A stretch of 52,487 nt of DNA from an uncultured Gammaproteobacteria bacterium (GCA_964507055.1 CAZDOJ010000002.1:66716-119202); one strand, 5' to 3'. Counted from the stretch's first letter, positions 1-10,525 are shown. Notes: generated by a model from the letters alone, not told the origin. Program-made: numbers and translations.

Positions 1-1974
1 ACCACCACTAACAGGAGGAGGGAGTTGTCCACCTTGTGTTGCTGTTGGAGGATTGCCACCAACAGGTGGAGCCGTGGATACAACAGGTGAAGTAACTGGA
101 CTTGTTGTCACACCAGTTGGGTTTGGATTTGTACCTGGTGTTCCACCGCCTGGATCTGGATTAGGATTTCCCGGTGAGCCAATTGGTGGTTCGATTAAAC
201 ATGGTGTTTGAATTCCAATAATTCGTAATATTAATTCAATCAATCTAAAAATAAATTCAAAGAATGCATCTAAGAATCCTTGTGCATTTGTATCATTCTT
301 TACATGGGCTTTATAGTTATCTTGTTGTCCATTTTGATATGACCTATTGAATGACATTTGATTGATAGATCGACACGGAGTAGATCCTCCACCGCCGCCA
401 CCACCAATAGGACCACTTGATATTGTTGGTTGAATTGTCGTTCCAGGGTTTGTCGTTGGTTGCGTATTTGTCGGTGCGATGGTTCCTGGTCCTACGCTAA
501 TTGTTGGTGAAAGGAAGATTGTTGGTGCATTTGATGGTGTAGGAGGACATACATTTCCGGTTCCTGATCCACCACAAACATATGTTGGTGTAACTGTAGT
601 CGGAGCAGTAGTTGTTGGTGTAACTGTTGATGCTCCAACGGCTTTCGCAGCATTAACTCTTCCTTGGGTCCAATATGTTCCTGTTCCATCGATCTTATCA
701 GCAGTCGAGTACAATTTATTTATAATATCGTTAGCCGAGGCATTTGGATTTGCTGCTTTTAGCAATCCGACAACACCAACGACCATCGGGGTTGCCATGG
801 AAGTACCACTTTTATATGCATATTTACTTCCAGGGACAGTCGAAATAATGTTTGATCCAGGGGCTGTAACTTCGACATGTGTTCCGTGATTGGAGAAAGA
901 AGATTTTACATCCTTATTATCTGTTGAACCCACAGTGATAACGCCATCATTTGCACCAGGGTAGGAAGTTTGGTTTTGGGATGTGCAACCATTTGATGAG
1001 AAATTAGTACCACCACAATTACCTGCTGCGGCCACAACGATCGCACCTTTTCCGATTGCGTAGTCAATTGCTGTTTGGTATGTGGTTTTACTTGAGGCCT
1101 GTACAGAACCTAAACTTAAATTAATGACTTGAGCACCTTGATCAGCAGCCCAAGTAATACCTGATGCGATATTTGATGTTGAACCGCTTCCGGAATCATC
1201 CATAACTTTTCCAATAATCAATTGGCAATCAGGACAAGTTCCTGCAACGCCCGCACCATTATTTGTAGACGCAGCAATAATTCCTGCAACGTGTGTTCCA
1301 TGCCCAAAACTGTCCTCAACGGTTGCTGTCGTAAAAAACTTTGAAGCAATGACTTTGCCACTTAGATCAGGATGGTTTGTTTGAATTCCGGTATCAAGGA
1401 TTGCTACTTTTACACCGCTTCCACGTGTTACATCCCACGCAGCTTCTGCTTTGATATCAGCGTTTGCTAAACCTACAACATTCTGAATTGTCTGTCCTGT
1501 ATTCTTCAGTCCGTACTGCAAATTATAATTTGTATCATTTGGGGCATACATTATGTGGTTTGTTGAATCTTGTTCTGCAGATTGTACGTACGGATCACTT
1601 CGAAGCCGTTCCATAATTGTATCTTCTTGACCAGCGGGTACTTTTAATACCTTCATATTAACGCCACCAATTTCATTTATGATACTTGCGTCGTATTGCT
1701 TAAGACGTTCATTTATTTGAGCATCTGTATATTCGGGTTTGAATTGGACAATTATTTGTCCTTCAATTTCCTTGTCAGGAGGAACTGTTGGCCACATATT
1801 TTCAGAAGCTTCCGGGGTGGTAGCCTGAGGTTGTGTTGGGGTTGGTTGGGTAGTTGGTTGGCGTGACTCATTTACATTAAGAAAGAGGAAAGCAATGCTT
1901 GCGAGGAGGACAATACCTATACCAATAATGACAGATTTTCGCGACAACAACTGCTGCAGATTATTATTCTCCAT
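1..1974 (-). CDS. Subtilisin-like serine protease (peptidase S8), N-terminally membrane-anchored/secreted; C-terminus runs off the window
   Basis: Absent from the ORF track because it is open-ended. Own minus-strand translation from the ATG (complement of 1972-1974): MENNNLQQLLSRKSVIIGIGIVLLASIAFLF (TM/signal anchor). The S8 catalytic triad motifs follow: VAILDTGI (Asp), HGTHVAGII (His), SGTSMATPMV (Ser). A Pro/Thr/Gly-rich tail then stays in frame to position 1. Confidence 0.9.
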   Translation of the reverse strand, partial: MENNNLQQLLSRKSVIIGIGIVLLASIAFLFLNVNESRQPTTQPTPTQPQATTPEASENMWPTVPPDKEIEGQIIVQFKPEYTDAQINERLKQYDASIINEIGGVNMKVLKVPAGQEDTIMERLRSDPYVQSAEQDSTNHIMYAPNDTNYNLQYGLKNTGQTIQNVVGLANADIKAEAAWDVTRGSGVKVAILDTGIQTNHPDLSGKVIASKFFTTATVEDSFGHGTHVAGIIAASTNNGAGVAGTCPDCQLIIGKVMDDSGSGSTSNIASGITWAADQGAQVINLSLGSVQASSKTTYQTAIDYAIGKGAIVVAAAGNCGGTNFSSNGCTSQNQTSYPGANDGVITVGSTDNKDVKSSFSNHGTHVEVTAPGSNIISTVPGSKYAYKSGTSMATPMVVGVVGLLKAANPNASANDIINKLYSTADKIDGTGTYWTQGRVNAAKAVGASTVTPTTTAPTTVTPTYVCGGSGTGNVCPPTPSNAPTIFLSPTISVGPGTIAPTNTQPTTNPGTTIQPTISSGPIGGGGGGGSTPCRSINQMSFNRSYQNGQQDNYKAHVKNDTNAQGFLDAFFEFIFRLIELILRIIGIQTPCLIEPPIGSPGNPNPDPGGGTPGTNPNPTGVTTSPVTSPVVSTAPPVGGNPPTATQGGQLPPPVSGG

Positions 1975-2141
1975 ACATTAACAGTAAAGAAATAGGATGA
2001 GGCTGTCAATATAGAGATTGAAGCAGATATTATGAGAGAGTATAGGACTCAAAGAAATAAAAAACTATAAGTTCTCTCTATTTACATAATTACAAACCCA
2101 TGCTATACTACTATAGTCCCTAAAAGGGGCATTTTGTTTTT

Positions 2142-4004
2142 ATGAAAAAGTTTCAAAACATTGCGAAAAAAGTCTGGTCGCTTCGCAAGGACACACTTTA
2201 TCAAAACTCATTATTTATGATGGCAAGTACTGCTATCGTTTCTGCAAGTGGATTTTTCTTTTGGCTTATTGTTGCAAGACTGTATCAAGATGCTCAAGTA
2301 GGTTTAGCAACAGCAATTATCTCCGCAGCTACTTTTATTATGAACATCAGTGTTCTCGGTTTAAACTACAGCATTATCCGTTTCTTAGCAAAAGAGAAAA
2401 AGCCAAATCAACTATTAAGTAATTCGTTTAGTATTATCGCTGCAGCATCTGCAATTGTTTCAGGAGTATTTTTGCTGTTACTCGGTTATCTCTCTCCAAG
2501 TTTGCTTTTTCTTCGTGAAGGTATTGGAGCATGGGCATTCCTTTTGTTTACGATATTAATCTCACTTGATTTTTTTACGGAAAGTATTTTTCTAGCATTG
2601 CGAGCAGGGAAGTACATCTTCATTAAAAATGTAGTTGTTTCAATCAGCAAATTAGTACTTCCAGCAGCATTTATTAGTTTTGGTGCAGTCGGTATTTTCA
2701 TGGGTTGGGCACTTGCCTTATCAACAGCTCTACTTGTAAGTACTTGGGTACTCGTAAAAAAGTTTAATTTTAAATTCAATCCGAAGTTTGTTAAAAACAA
2801 ACTGAAAGACATGTTCCAATTTTCAACGATAAACTTTATAGTAGGACTTTTGGGAATTGCCCCAGGGCTTATCTTGCCACTTATGATTACCAATACAGTT
2901 AATCCAGAAACTGCTGCATACTTTTATGTCTCATACATGATCGCAAATCTTTTATATACAGTACCTTATGCAACAACACAATCATTGTTTGCAGAAGGTT
3001 CATACAATGAAAAGAACTTCTGGTCTAATGTCTTTAAAGCGTTGAAATTTATTGCAATGCTATTAATTCCTGGCATTATCGTCCTAACAATTTTAGGTGG
3101 ATTTGTATTGCAATTCTTTGGAAAGAGTTACTCAGAGGAAGGTGTACGTTTCTTGCAATTACTTGCAGTTGCTGGAATTCCTGTCTCATTAAATTATCTT
3201 GGACTAACGATACTGAATGTTAACAGAAAGATGAAAGCACTCTTCACAATTAATGTCATTGGAACAAGTGTGATTATTGGACTTAGTTACTTATGGAGTA
3301 GTTATGCTTTGACAGGAATTGGTTTTGCATGGCTTGTAGGACATGTGGTAAAGAATGTTCTTTATGCCTTGTATATTGGAGTTATTATGCAAAAGAAAAA
3401 AATTGTGACAGCGTTGATTAATTTCTACATTAAATCAAAGTATATTACTGCTCGTATTCGTTCAGTACAAATAGGTGGTACATTCTCAAATTGGAAAAAG
3501 AATGTGTATATCATGCCAGATTGCAAATTTGAGAATGTACGAAATATGAATTATGGAAAATATATTTTCATCAATCATGATGTAACATTCTCAACTCCTC
3601 ATGGGATGAAAATTGGTAATTTTGTGATGGTTGGTCCACATGTTCTTTTTGCAACAGTACATCATGGATTTGATGATTGGAAATCTCCTATGATCTTTCA
3701 AGATGCATCTGAAAAACAAATTGTTATTGAAGATGATGTCTGGATTGGAGCAAAAGCAACAATTCTTGGGGGAGTAACAATTGGTCAGGGAGCGGTCATT
3801 GCTGCAGGATCTGTTGTCACAAAAGATGTGGAACCATATGCAATTGTTGGTGGAGTTCCGGCAAAACTTATCAGATATCGATTTGATACAAAAACAAAAA
3901 ATAAAGCAAAGAAGTTATCTTTCGAAAAGTTATTAGCTTCTAAAAAGGCTGGTTTGTGGGCATTTATTATGCAGCTCTTTGGCTCTGCCATTGTACTATT
4001 CTAA
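2142..4004 (+). CDS. Fusion protein: multi-TM polysaccharide flippase (MOP/Wzx-like) + C-terminal hexapeptide-repeat (LbH) O-acetyltransferase
   Basis: The first ~415 aa are a run of hydrophobic helices typical of oligosaccharide flippases. The C-terminal ~190 aa carry left-handed beta-helix repeats ([49 protein letters not shown]) typical of maltose/galactoside-type acetyltransferases. There is an extra terminal hydrophobic helix. Confidence 0.7.
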   Translation: MKKFQNIAKKVWSLRKDTLYQNSLFMMASTAIVSASGFFFWLIVARLYQDAQVGLATAIISAATFIMNISVLGLNYSIIRFLAKEKKPNQLLSNSFSIIAAASAIVSGVFLLLLGYLSPSLLFLREGIGAWAFLLFTILISLDFFTESIFLALRAGKYIFIKNVVVSISKLVLPAAFISFGAVGIFMGWALALSTALLVSTWVLVKKFNFKFNPKFVKNKLKDMFQFSTINFIVGLLGIAPGLILPLMITNTVNPETAAYFYVSYMIANLLYTVPYATTQSLFAEGSYNEKNFWSNVFKALKFIAMLLIPGIIVLTILGGFVLQFFGKSYSEEGVRFLQLLAVAGIPVSLNYLGLTILNVNRKMKALFTINVIGTSVIIGLSYLWSSYALTGIGFAWLVGHVVKNVLYALYIGVIMQKKKIVTALINFYIKSKYITARIRSVQIGGTFSNWKKNVYIMPDCKFENVRNMNYGKYIFINHDVTFSTPHGMKIGNFVMVGPHVLFATVHHGFDDWKSPMIFQDASEKQIVIEDDVWIGAKATILGGVTIGQGAVIAAGSVVTKDVEPYAIVGGVPAKLIRYRFDTKTKNKAKKLSFEKLLASKKAGLWAFIMQLFGSAIVLF

Positions 4005-4042
4005 TGACATATATTATGATAGTACTGTAACTCTGTCCAACC

Positions 4043-4477
4043 ATGCGAACACTGCAACGAAAAGCATACAATGCTGGATTACTCCAAGGAAAAGCATATC
4101 GAACGCTTAGCATTCATTTAACGTCAACTCTTTCACCATTTGTTTCTGTACCAGAATGGAAATTGCTTGGACAGCTTAAAGAACATGGCAATATGAAGTT
4201 AGCAAAACTTGCAGAACTTTTGAGTGTTGAAGCACCATTGGTTACATCACTTGTAGATAGTCTGGAGAAAAAGAAACTTGTTAAACGAACAAATGATAGG
4301 GAAGATAAAAGAGCAAAAGTTATCGAAGGAACAAAAAAAGGAATTGCATTAGTCGATGAACTCGAACCAAAAGTAAAAGCAGAAATGCGTTCGTTGTTAC
4401 GAGGAGTAGATAAAGATGATTTTGAGGGTTACATGCGAGTGCTCGAAATCATTGTTAAAAATGGCTCTTCCTCTTGA
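4043..4477 (+). CDS. MarR-family winged-helix transcriptional regulator
   Basis: 144 aa. Pattern EWKLLGQLKEHGNMKLAKLAELLSVEAPLVTSLVDSLEKKKLVKRTNDREDKRAKVI matches the MarR wHTH core (DxRD/R wing). Confidence 0.8.
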   Translation: MRTLQRKAYNAGLLQGKAYRTLSIHLTSTLSPFVSVPEWKLLGQLKEHGNMKLAKLAELLSVEAPLVTSLVDSLEKKKLVKRTNDREDKRAKVIEGTKKGIALVDELEPKVKAEMRSLLRGVDKDDFEGYMRVLEIIVKNGSSS

Positions 4478-4518
4478 CTTCGTAAGGCAAATTAACGATA
4501 CTTAAGCACATTTATTTT

Positions 4519-5226
4519 ATGCAACATTATTCAACATTTATTAAAGGATTAACAATCTTTGCTGGAGGCGTTATTGCCTTTTGTTTGGGGATAGCGTCAG
4601 GATATTTGGTATTTCACCCTGATGTTCTTTTCCATGCAACTCAGACACAATCGCAGCAGGTTATAGCTCCGGTTCCATCAACATCCAAACTTGATAAAGC
4701 GGCTGCGTTTCGTCTGAATCTTCAACAGCGTGAACAAGAATATATTGTCCTTCTTTTGCAATTATCGCGTTCAACGTATGATAGTTCCGATGATATCAGT
4801 GCATTAACATTACAAGTTACGGCAAGTGTCAACGAACGATCTGCCTTGTATGGAGTATATTATGGGAAAGATTTAGAAGAAAAATACAAAAAGATCCAGA
4901 CTGAAAATGTCAATGATCTCATCGCTTATACTAACGCAGTAAAAAGAAATAATAAAATTGGTATGGAAAATACTACAAAACAATTGATAACAAATAATGC
5001 TTCTCAATCGGCACTCTTTTCAACAATAAATAAAGATCTTCCATCAAATGGTTTAAATAAGTTGTCAACAGATACTATTATTCTCTTGAAAGAATCAATT
5101 GATGCGTACGCTTCACAAAATTATCCGTTAGCATATAGCAAGCAACGTGAAGCATTTGCACAATCATCCGATATTGCCGCTGCTCATGCAAATGCAATAC
5201 TTGGCAAGTATCCTCAAAAATTCTAA
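4519..5226 (+). CDS. Hypothetical membrane-anchored protein
   Basis: Long ORF with an N-terminal TM helix (LTIFAGGVIAFCLGIASGYLVF). No recognisable catalytic motif. Followed by a strong terminator. Confidence 0.6.
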   Translation: MQHYSTFIKGLTIFAGGVIAFCLGIASGYLVFHPDVLFHATQTQSQQVIAPVPSTSKLDKAAAFRLNLQQREQEYIVLLLQLSRSTYDSSDDISALTLQVTASVNERSALYGVYYGKDLEEKYKKIQTENVNDLIAYTNAVKRNNKIGMENTTKQLITNNASQSALFSTINKDLPSNGLNKLSTDTIILLKESIDAYASQNYPLAYSKQREAFAQSSDIAAAHANAILGKYPQKF

Positions 5227-5228
5227 TA

Positions 5229-5262
5229 AAAAAGATCTCAAATGTACATTTGAGATCTTTTG
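5229..5262. terminator. Bidirectional intrinsic terminator between convergent genes
   Basis: Perfect inverted repeat AAAAGATCTCAAATG-TA-CATTTGAGATCTTTT, with an A-tract on one side and a T-tract on the other. Lies between the stop of 4519..5226 (+) and the stop of 5285..5527 (-). Confidence 0.8.
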
Positions 5263-5284
5263 AAAAATAAGTTCGGATTGTATA

Positions 5285-5527
5285 TTATCGTTTGTTACCC
5301 CTTGCTCTAATAGCATCAGCTCGAATCTGGCGAGCTTCCAATGCAGAGAAAACCGTACCACCTCGTTCTGTTCGTGGCATAGATTCAGGCATAGTGATTC
5401 TTGCTTCTCTTCTTTGAACTGATTCAGCTCCTGTTCGGATTGCACCATCAGCTTCAAGACCACTGCTAGTCATTGCATTTGATGCTCTAAAGTCTACCGC
5501 ATCTTGTGGTGTTCTTCTATCTTCCAT
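5285..5527 (-). CDS. Small hydrophilic hypothetical protein (80 aa)
   Basis: Strong Shine-Dalgarno on the minus strand (GGAGGTGA about 8 nt before the ATG) and a terminator directly downstream. Preferred over the overlapping 5164..5463 ORF for these reasons. Arg/Ala-rich, no TM helix. Confidence 0.6.
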   Translation of the reverse strand: MEDRRTPQDAVDFRASNAMTSSGLEADGAIRTGAESVQRREARITMPESMPRTERGGTVFSALEARQIRADAIRARGNKR

Positions 5528-5648
5528 AAATAATCACCTCCTTACTATTTCGCATTTAAATTTTGCACGAAAAGATGATTATACGTCTGACATTTCGTTG
5601 ACAGAAGAGATTATTGGTCAGCTAAGTTGACAAGATGAGGCTGAGTAA

Positions 5649-6113
5649 CTAGAAGACTTCAACGCGGGTTCCTTGGTCTGCCCAATTGTAGAGCCAATCA
5701 GCTGATGCCAATGGGACATTCACACATCCATGACTTGCACGGACACCAAAATTATTGTGCCAATAAGCACCATGAATTGCATATCCTTGGTAGAAATACA
5801 TAACATGTGGCACATTCTTCACAAGATATTTTCCTGAAGGATAAATGTTTTTATATGGTGATGGACCACGCATATCTTGCATAGGGACTTTTCGATAAAT
5901 TTTGAAACTTCCTTTTACAGTTGGCGTCAAATTCATTCCTGTTGAAACTTTTGTTTGGTGAACGATCTGACCATTTTCCCATGCATAAAGCATTTGTTTG
6001 CCACGATCAACAGTAATGAGTTTTTCCCCGGTTACTATATCGTTTGCGGAGGCATTTGTAGGGAAAACAAAGAAGAGTGCGAGAGTAGCAAGGAAAAGAA
6101 ATACACGCTTCAT
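5649..6113 (-). CDS. L,D-transpeptidase (YkuD domain) with signal peptide
   Basis: N-terminal signal sequence MKRVFLFLATLALFFVFPTNASA. Catalytic motif HGAYWHNNFGVRASHGCVNVP (His...SHGC Cys) typical of the YkuD family. Confidence 0.85.
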   Translation of the reverse strand: MKRVFLFLATLALFFVFPTNASANDIVTGEKLITVDRGKQMLYAWENGQIVHQTKVSTGMNLTPTVKGSFKIYRKVPMQDMRGPSPYKNIYPSGKYLVKNVPHVMYFYQGYAIHGAYWHNNFGVRASHGCVNVPLASADWLYNWADQGTRVEVF

Positions 6114-6179
6114 ACTACTACCGTATCATATACTTTACAGTTTTGTCCATGATCATTTGTTGAGTGATATAATTGAAGT

Positions 6180-6887
6180 ATGGTAAGTGAAATACGCGAT
6201 GCAATTTTACGCGAAAAAGATCCGGAGAAAGGTGTCTTTCTACAACGATTCTTCAAAACAGGGAAAGGTCAATATGGTGAAGGGGATATCTTTTATGGAC
6301 TTACTGTTCCGACTTCTCGCAAGATCGCAAAACATTTTAATGATCTTTCACTGGAAGATATCGAGTTATTACTCACATCAAAAGTGCATGAAGAACGATT
6401 GATTGCCTTATTAATTCTGGTCGAACAATTCAAAAAAAGTGATGATAAAGACGCAAAAATAATTTATGATTTCTATCTAGCTCACACAAAATATATTAAT
6501 AACTGGGATCTTGTCGATTTATCCGCAGATAAAATTGTGGGAGAGTATTTGAAAACTCGAGATCGGGCTATATTGCTCAAGTTAGCGAAATCAGATCTCA
6601 TCTGGGAAAAAAGAATTAGTATGATTGCGACCTTCCAATTTATTAAAGATCTAAAGGAGTATAAAGATACGTTTGCTGTTGCAAATATTTTACTTTTAGA
6701 CAAACAAGATCTCATTCAAAAAGCAGTAGGATGGATGCTTCGTGAAGTAGGCAAAAGAGTTTCTCAAGAAATAGAAGAAGACTTTCTCTTGTCTCGATAT
6801 AAAAAAATGCCAAGAACAATGTTGCGATATTCTATTGAACATTTTTCTCCAGAGAGAAGGAAACAATACCTTCAGGGATTGATTTAA
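6180..6887 (+). CDS. DNA alkylation repair protein (AlkD/AlkC-like HEAT-repeat glycosylase family)
   Basis: 235 aa. Family-typical strings FFKTGKGQYGEGDIFYGLTVPTSRKIAK, NNWDLVD and GWMLREVGK. Confidence 0.7.
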   Translation: MVSEIRDAILREKDPEKGVFLQRFFKTGKGQYGEGDIFYGLTVPTSRKIAKHFNDLSLEDIELLLTSKVHEERLIALLILVEQFKKSDDKDAKIIYDFYLAHTKYINNWDLVDLSADKIVGEYLKTRDRAILLKLAKSDLIWEKRISMIATFQFIKDLKEYKDTFAVANILLLDKQDLIQKAVGWMLREVGKRVSQEIEEDFLLSRYKKMPRTMLRYSIEHFSPERRKQYLQGLI

Positions 6888-6924
6888 TTGACACTACAAT
6901 ACATTTCTTGTTACCCTTATCTTT

Positions 6925-7620
6925 GTGGTTATTATTGGACATAGAGGTGCTAAGAAATATGCACCTGAAAATACATTGTTATCAATCAAAAAAGCAATTG
7001 AACTTGATGTAGATTACATAGAGTTCGATGTACATGCATTGAAGGATGGCTCATTGGTTATCATTCATGATGATACTTTGGAACGAACGACAAATGGAAA
7101 AGGTTATGTTGCAGACAAGACATTAGAAGAAATTAAAAAATTGGATGCTGGGATGGGAGAGCAAATTCCGACATTACAAGAAGTCTTAAATCTTATCGAT
7201 CGCAGAATAAAAGTTATTGTAGAGATTTCAGGTTTTTTGCCAGTCGCATCAAAAGTTGCAGCTGTAATTAAAGAATACGTTGAGGAAAAAGGTTGGCAAT
7301 ATAGTGATTTTATGGTGTCATCATTCAATCATCCAGAGTTGGTTATCCTCAAAGAGAAAATACCTCAAGTAAAAATCGGAGCAAATACTTCTGGTGTGCC
7401 AGTTTCCTATGCAAGATTTGCAGAAGAGATAGGTGCTGATTTCTTAACAACTGAGAATTTTTATCTTACTGATGATGCTTTTGTCAAAGACGCTCATGAT
7501 CGAGGAATTCAGTTTATTCTCTATACAATAAATGATGGAAAGTTACTTGATCGTTATAAAGATTTTGGTATAGACGGAGTAATTAGTGATGCACCAGATA
7601 GAATTAATAGCACTAATTAG
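6925..7620 (+). CDS. Glycerophosphodiester phosphodiesterase (GDPD family)
   Basis: GTG start. N-terminus VIIGHRGAKKYAPENTL ... YIEFDVH ... VIIHDDTLERTTNG is the canonical GDPD motif set. Confidence 0.85.
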   Translation: MVIIGHRGAKKYAPENTLLSIKKAIELDVDYIEFDVHALKDGSLVIIHDDTLERTTNGKGYVADKTLEEIKKLDAGMGEQIPTLQEVLNLIDRRIKVIVEISGFLPVASKVAAVIKEYVEEKGWQYSDFMVSSFNHPELVILKEKIPQVKIGANTSGVPVSYARFAEEIGADFLTTENFYLTDDAFVKDAHDRGIQFILYTINDGKLLDRYKDFGIDGVISDAPDRINSTN

Positions 7621-8585
7621 TCGTGTAAAAAAATAGGGGACAGTTCCGTTGTGTATGTATCAAATAATTTCTTTTGATGTGTACCATCGGCATTCATCAT
7701 ATAAATATCATAATCGCCGTCCTGATCATTAATAAAGATAATTTTATCTCCATACTCACTCCACGATGGGTCTGCGTCATTTCCAGGCAGTGCAGTCATT
7801 TGTACTCTTTCAGTGCCTTCAAGTGAACTCACGTAAATATCATCTGGGTTTTTAGGATCTGTTTTTGAAATGAAAACTATTCTATCAAGTGCTGGATGGA
7901 TCGAAGGATACCAATCTGGAATATTGTTTGAAGTTAACTGTTCAAAGCCAGTACCATCTGTATTTATTTCAGCAATTTCATCAGTCATATCATCGCTATT
8001 GGTTCTAATTACAAAGATAATTTTCTTTCCATCAAGTGTAAAAGTAGGATCCCATTCTTCTGTAGTATTTCTTGTTGGTGTAATATTTCTTGGATTACTG
8101 CCGTCAGCATTCATGATGAAAATATCTCCTTTTTGATCAAACGCAGTTGATTTATATGCGATTTGCGTGCCATCAGGGGAATATGCAGGATCGTAGTCAT
8201 GTGAATTATTCTTTGTCAGTTGTTCGATTGTTCTATCAGCTAAATTCATACGATATATTTCATTATCACCGTCACGATCTGAATAAAAAACAATAAATTT
8301 CCCATCTGGTGAAAGTTGTGGATTCATATCGTTTGCAGGATTTTCTGTAAGATTTGTTTTCTTTTGGGTAGCGAGATCCATCAAGAAAATTTCTTGATTA
8401 CCACTTTGATTCGATACATAAATAATATTTTTGGGTGCTGGAATTTCCGTCGGTTGCGTCTTGGCTCCAAGCGTTTTTTCTTGAGGTACAATATCGCTGT
8501 TAAAGAGTGATTGATACTGTTGAAATGTGAATGCACCACTAATTACAAAAAGGATAATAGTGAAAACTATAAATATTTTTTTCAT
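7617..8585 (-). CDS. TolB-like beta-propeller (PD40/WD40-like repeat) protein with N-terminal anchor
   Basis: Repeated units such as NPANDMNPQLSPDGKFIVFYSDRDGDNEIY, DYDPAYSPDGTQIAYKS and DADPSWSEYGDKIIFINDQDGDYDIYMMNADG. Start placed at the internal MKKIFIVFTIILF (ATG at 8585) rather than the ORF-track start at 8621. Confidence 0.7.
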   Translation of the reverse strand: MKKIFIVFTIILFVISGAFTFQQYQSLFNSDIVPQEKTLGAKTQPTEIPAPKNIIYVSNQSGNQEIFLMDLATQKKTNLTENPANDMNPQLSPDGKFIVFYSDRDGDNEIYRMNLADRTIEQLTKNNSHDYDPAYSPDGTQIAYKSTAFDQKGDIFIMNADGSNPRNITPTRNTTEEWDPTFTLDGKKIIFVIRTNSDDMTDEIAEINTDGTGFEQLTSNNIPDWYPSIHPALDRIVFISKTDPKNPDDIYVSSLEGTERVQMTALPGNDADPSWSEYGDKIIFINDQDGDYDIYMMNADGTHQKKLFDTYTTELSPIFLHD

Positions 8586-8929
8586 AACCGTCAGTATAGC
8601 GAAAAATGAGCAGAAGAGCAACCCCTATAGGATATTTATTAACGAAGAATGATTTGACTGTAGTTACCGATCATTGTGAGTCCAGCAGCTAAAAACATGA
8701 TTCCACTTGCCGTAATAAGTCTTTTCATATATGTTTCTTCTCGTCGTCTAAAATAACTTTCTTTTAAATAAAGTCTTGGTGAAAAGAAGTTTCTTTTTTT
8801 ATATAAGATTATTGAAACTGGATGTGGATTTGCTAATGAGATCATACATATATAATACTGCTTAAATAGTAGAGGATGATGAAAAATTGGTTAGAGATGG
8901 GTAAGAGAGAGCTTGTCTTAACTTACTTT

Positions 8930-9127
8930 TCATTTTGCGTCCACTGGAGTTGGTGTGGGTGTTATTGCCATTGGAATCGGTATTCCTTCATAAACAGTTT
9001 TGGAATTATATATCCCTCCGAAATGATAGCCAATGAAAAATGTAATGAATGGCAAAATAATAAATAGTGCCAAAGCAGCATATTTGGAAAATGTTGTCAC
9101 TGTCGTCATCGATTTTGGTAATGCCAT
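8930..9127 (-). CDS. Small membrane protein (65 aa), hypothetical
   Basis: One clear TM helix (YAALALFIILPFITFFIGYHFGG), same strand as the neighbouring genes. Short, so tentative. Confidence 0.35.
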   Translation of the reverse strand: MALPKSMTTVTTFSKYAALALFIILPFITFFIGYHFGGIYNSKTVYEGIPIPMAITPTPTPVDAK

Positions 9128-9166
9128 AGACTAAGTATTTCGAAAATACAGGAAAAGGTCAAGTAT

Positions 9167-10525
9167 TTAAATATTTTTCAGAAGCATTTTTACCTGTTCG
9201 TAATTTATTACCCAACCATTATGGAGCACACTTCTATAAAGTCTGGTGCGTAATATCTTTCCATCTTTGTCGTATACTTCAGGATAACCCCCGTATTTTT
9301 CGATATTATTCTTATACGATTTGAGATGTTTTTCTGCATCAATCAAAACTTTCGAATCATATTTCGCAAGAAAGAGAAGTGTTTTTATATATTCCATACC
9401 CCAATGACTCCAAATACTTGTTCCCATGTAGGAAGGGGCAAAAATCCTAACGGCTCTATAAAGTTTATCTAGTTGATCGATTGTACTATAGTGAAGAGGG
9501 AAGGGCTGATCAAGTTTGTTTTGTTTAACGTATGAGACCATTTGCAGAAGATATTCACGATCTCGTTTCTCACTAATATTTAGAAATTGTGTTGAGGTAA
9601 CTATAAAACTATCTGCAGAAAAAAGATTTTCTTTCGCAATGTCACCATAGAAGCATCCATCTTTTTTATTCCAAAATGCTTTGATAATTCGTTCTTTCCA
9701 TTGAAGTAGTTCTTTATCTGAAATTACAAATAATTTTAACGAAGCAGCATGTTTAAGGGTTGCCCAAAGGATGACATTATCATAAAAAGAACTCTTTCTT
9801 TTAATGCCATCGCGTGCACTTGAAAGTAATAAATCTTTCTTTATAAGTTTCGTTTCTGGGTCAAGTAAATCATTTTTATATGTACAAAGAAGATTCTCTA
9901 ACGTGTCCTTATACTCCTTAAGGAGTTTGTTGGCAGCTGTCTTTGTTTGCAATTTATGCATTGGTTTTAATTTTGAGGGGAAAATATTCCGGATAAAAGT
10001 ATCATCAATCAGTGCATTTAATGTATAAACAATTGCATGCAACGAATCAGATGGTCGAGCATAAATATTTAATCCAGTAAAGGAATCTTTTGTAAGCGGG
10101 GTAATAGTTGTAAATTCTTTTTTGGCTAAACGGAAAGTTTCAAGATCATGTGCAATTGTCCGCAATGCAATTGATTGTCTTAAATACCAATCGTTTTCAG
10201 AGGATGAAATTCTTGGATCAAGTAGTGCATTAAAAAATACTCCTAAGTTACGAACAAATATTTGATAGAAATGTCCTCCGGTAATTACATATGGATTTTT
10301 TTCGCTGTAACGGATATTGTGAATTTGTTTGATGATCGTACCTTCTTTCCCATGCAGTTTTTTTTCTTCATCAAATGCAGTTGCCCCAATGCGAAGTCCT
10401 GCTCGAATATATGTATGAATTCTATCTTTTGTTTGATAACTAAAGCGAATAGGTGAAGATTGCTTCAGTACTATTTGATTTTTTATTAAACTTGTCTTAA
10501 ATACATTTTGTTGCTGCACGATCAC
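9167..10525 (-). CDS. Hypothetical protein, possibly (alpha/alpha)6-barrel glycoside-hydrolase-like
   Basis: 452-aa ORF. The C-terminal pattern TSIWSHWGMEY ... YGGYPEVYDKDGK ... HNGWV weakly recalls GDE_C/GH15/GH63-type barrels. No firm catalytic motif identified. Confidence 0.3.
   Translation of the reverse strand: MIVQQQNVFKTSLIKNQIVLKQSSPIRFSYQTKDRIHTYIRAGLRIGATAFDEEKKLHGKEGTIIKQIHNIRYSEKNPYVITGGHFYQIFVRNLGVFFNALLDPRISSSENDWYLRQSIALRTIAHDLETFRLAKKEFTTITPLTKDSFTGLNIYARPSDSLHAIVYTLNALIDDTFIRNIFPSKLKPMHKLQTKTAANKLLKEYKDTLENLLCTYKNDLLDPETKLIKKDLLLSSARDGIKRKSSFYDNVILWATLKHAASLKLFVISDKELLQWKERIIKAFWNKKDGCFYGDIAKENLFSADSFIVTSTQFLNISEKRDREYLLQMVSYVKQNKLDQPFPLHYSTIDQLDKLYRAVRIFAPSYMGTSIWSHWGMEYIKTLLFLAKYDSKVLIDAEKHLKSYKNNIEKYGGYPEVYDKDGKILRTRLYRSVLHNGWVINYEQVKMLLKNI

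Noticed and set aside
479-889. ORF-track entries 479..889 (+) and 492..689 (-)
   Set aside because: They lie entirely inside the S8 protease gene, which reads on the minus strand with clear catalytic motifs. They are shadow ORFs in a repetitive Pro/Thr/Gly-coding region.
5164-5463. 99-aa minus-strand ORF overlapping 5285..5527
   Set aside because: It runs through the bidirectional terminator and into the end of the convergent gene. The alternative frame (5285..5527) has a strong SD and ends before the terminator.
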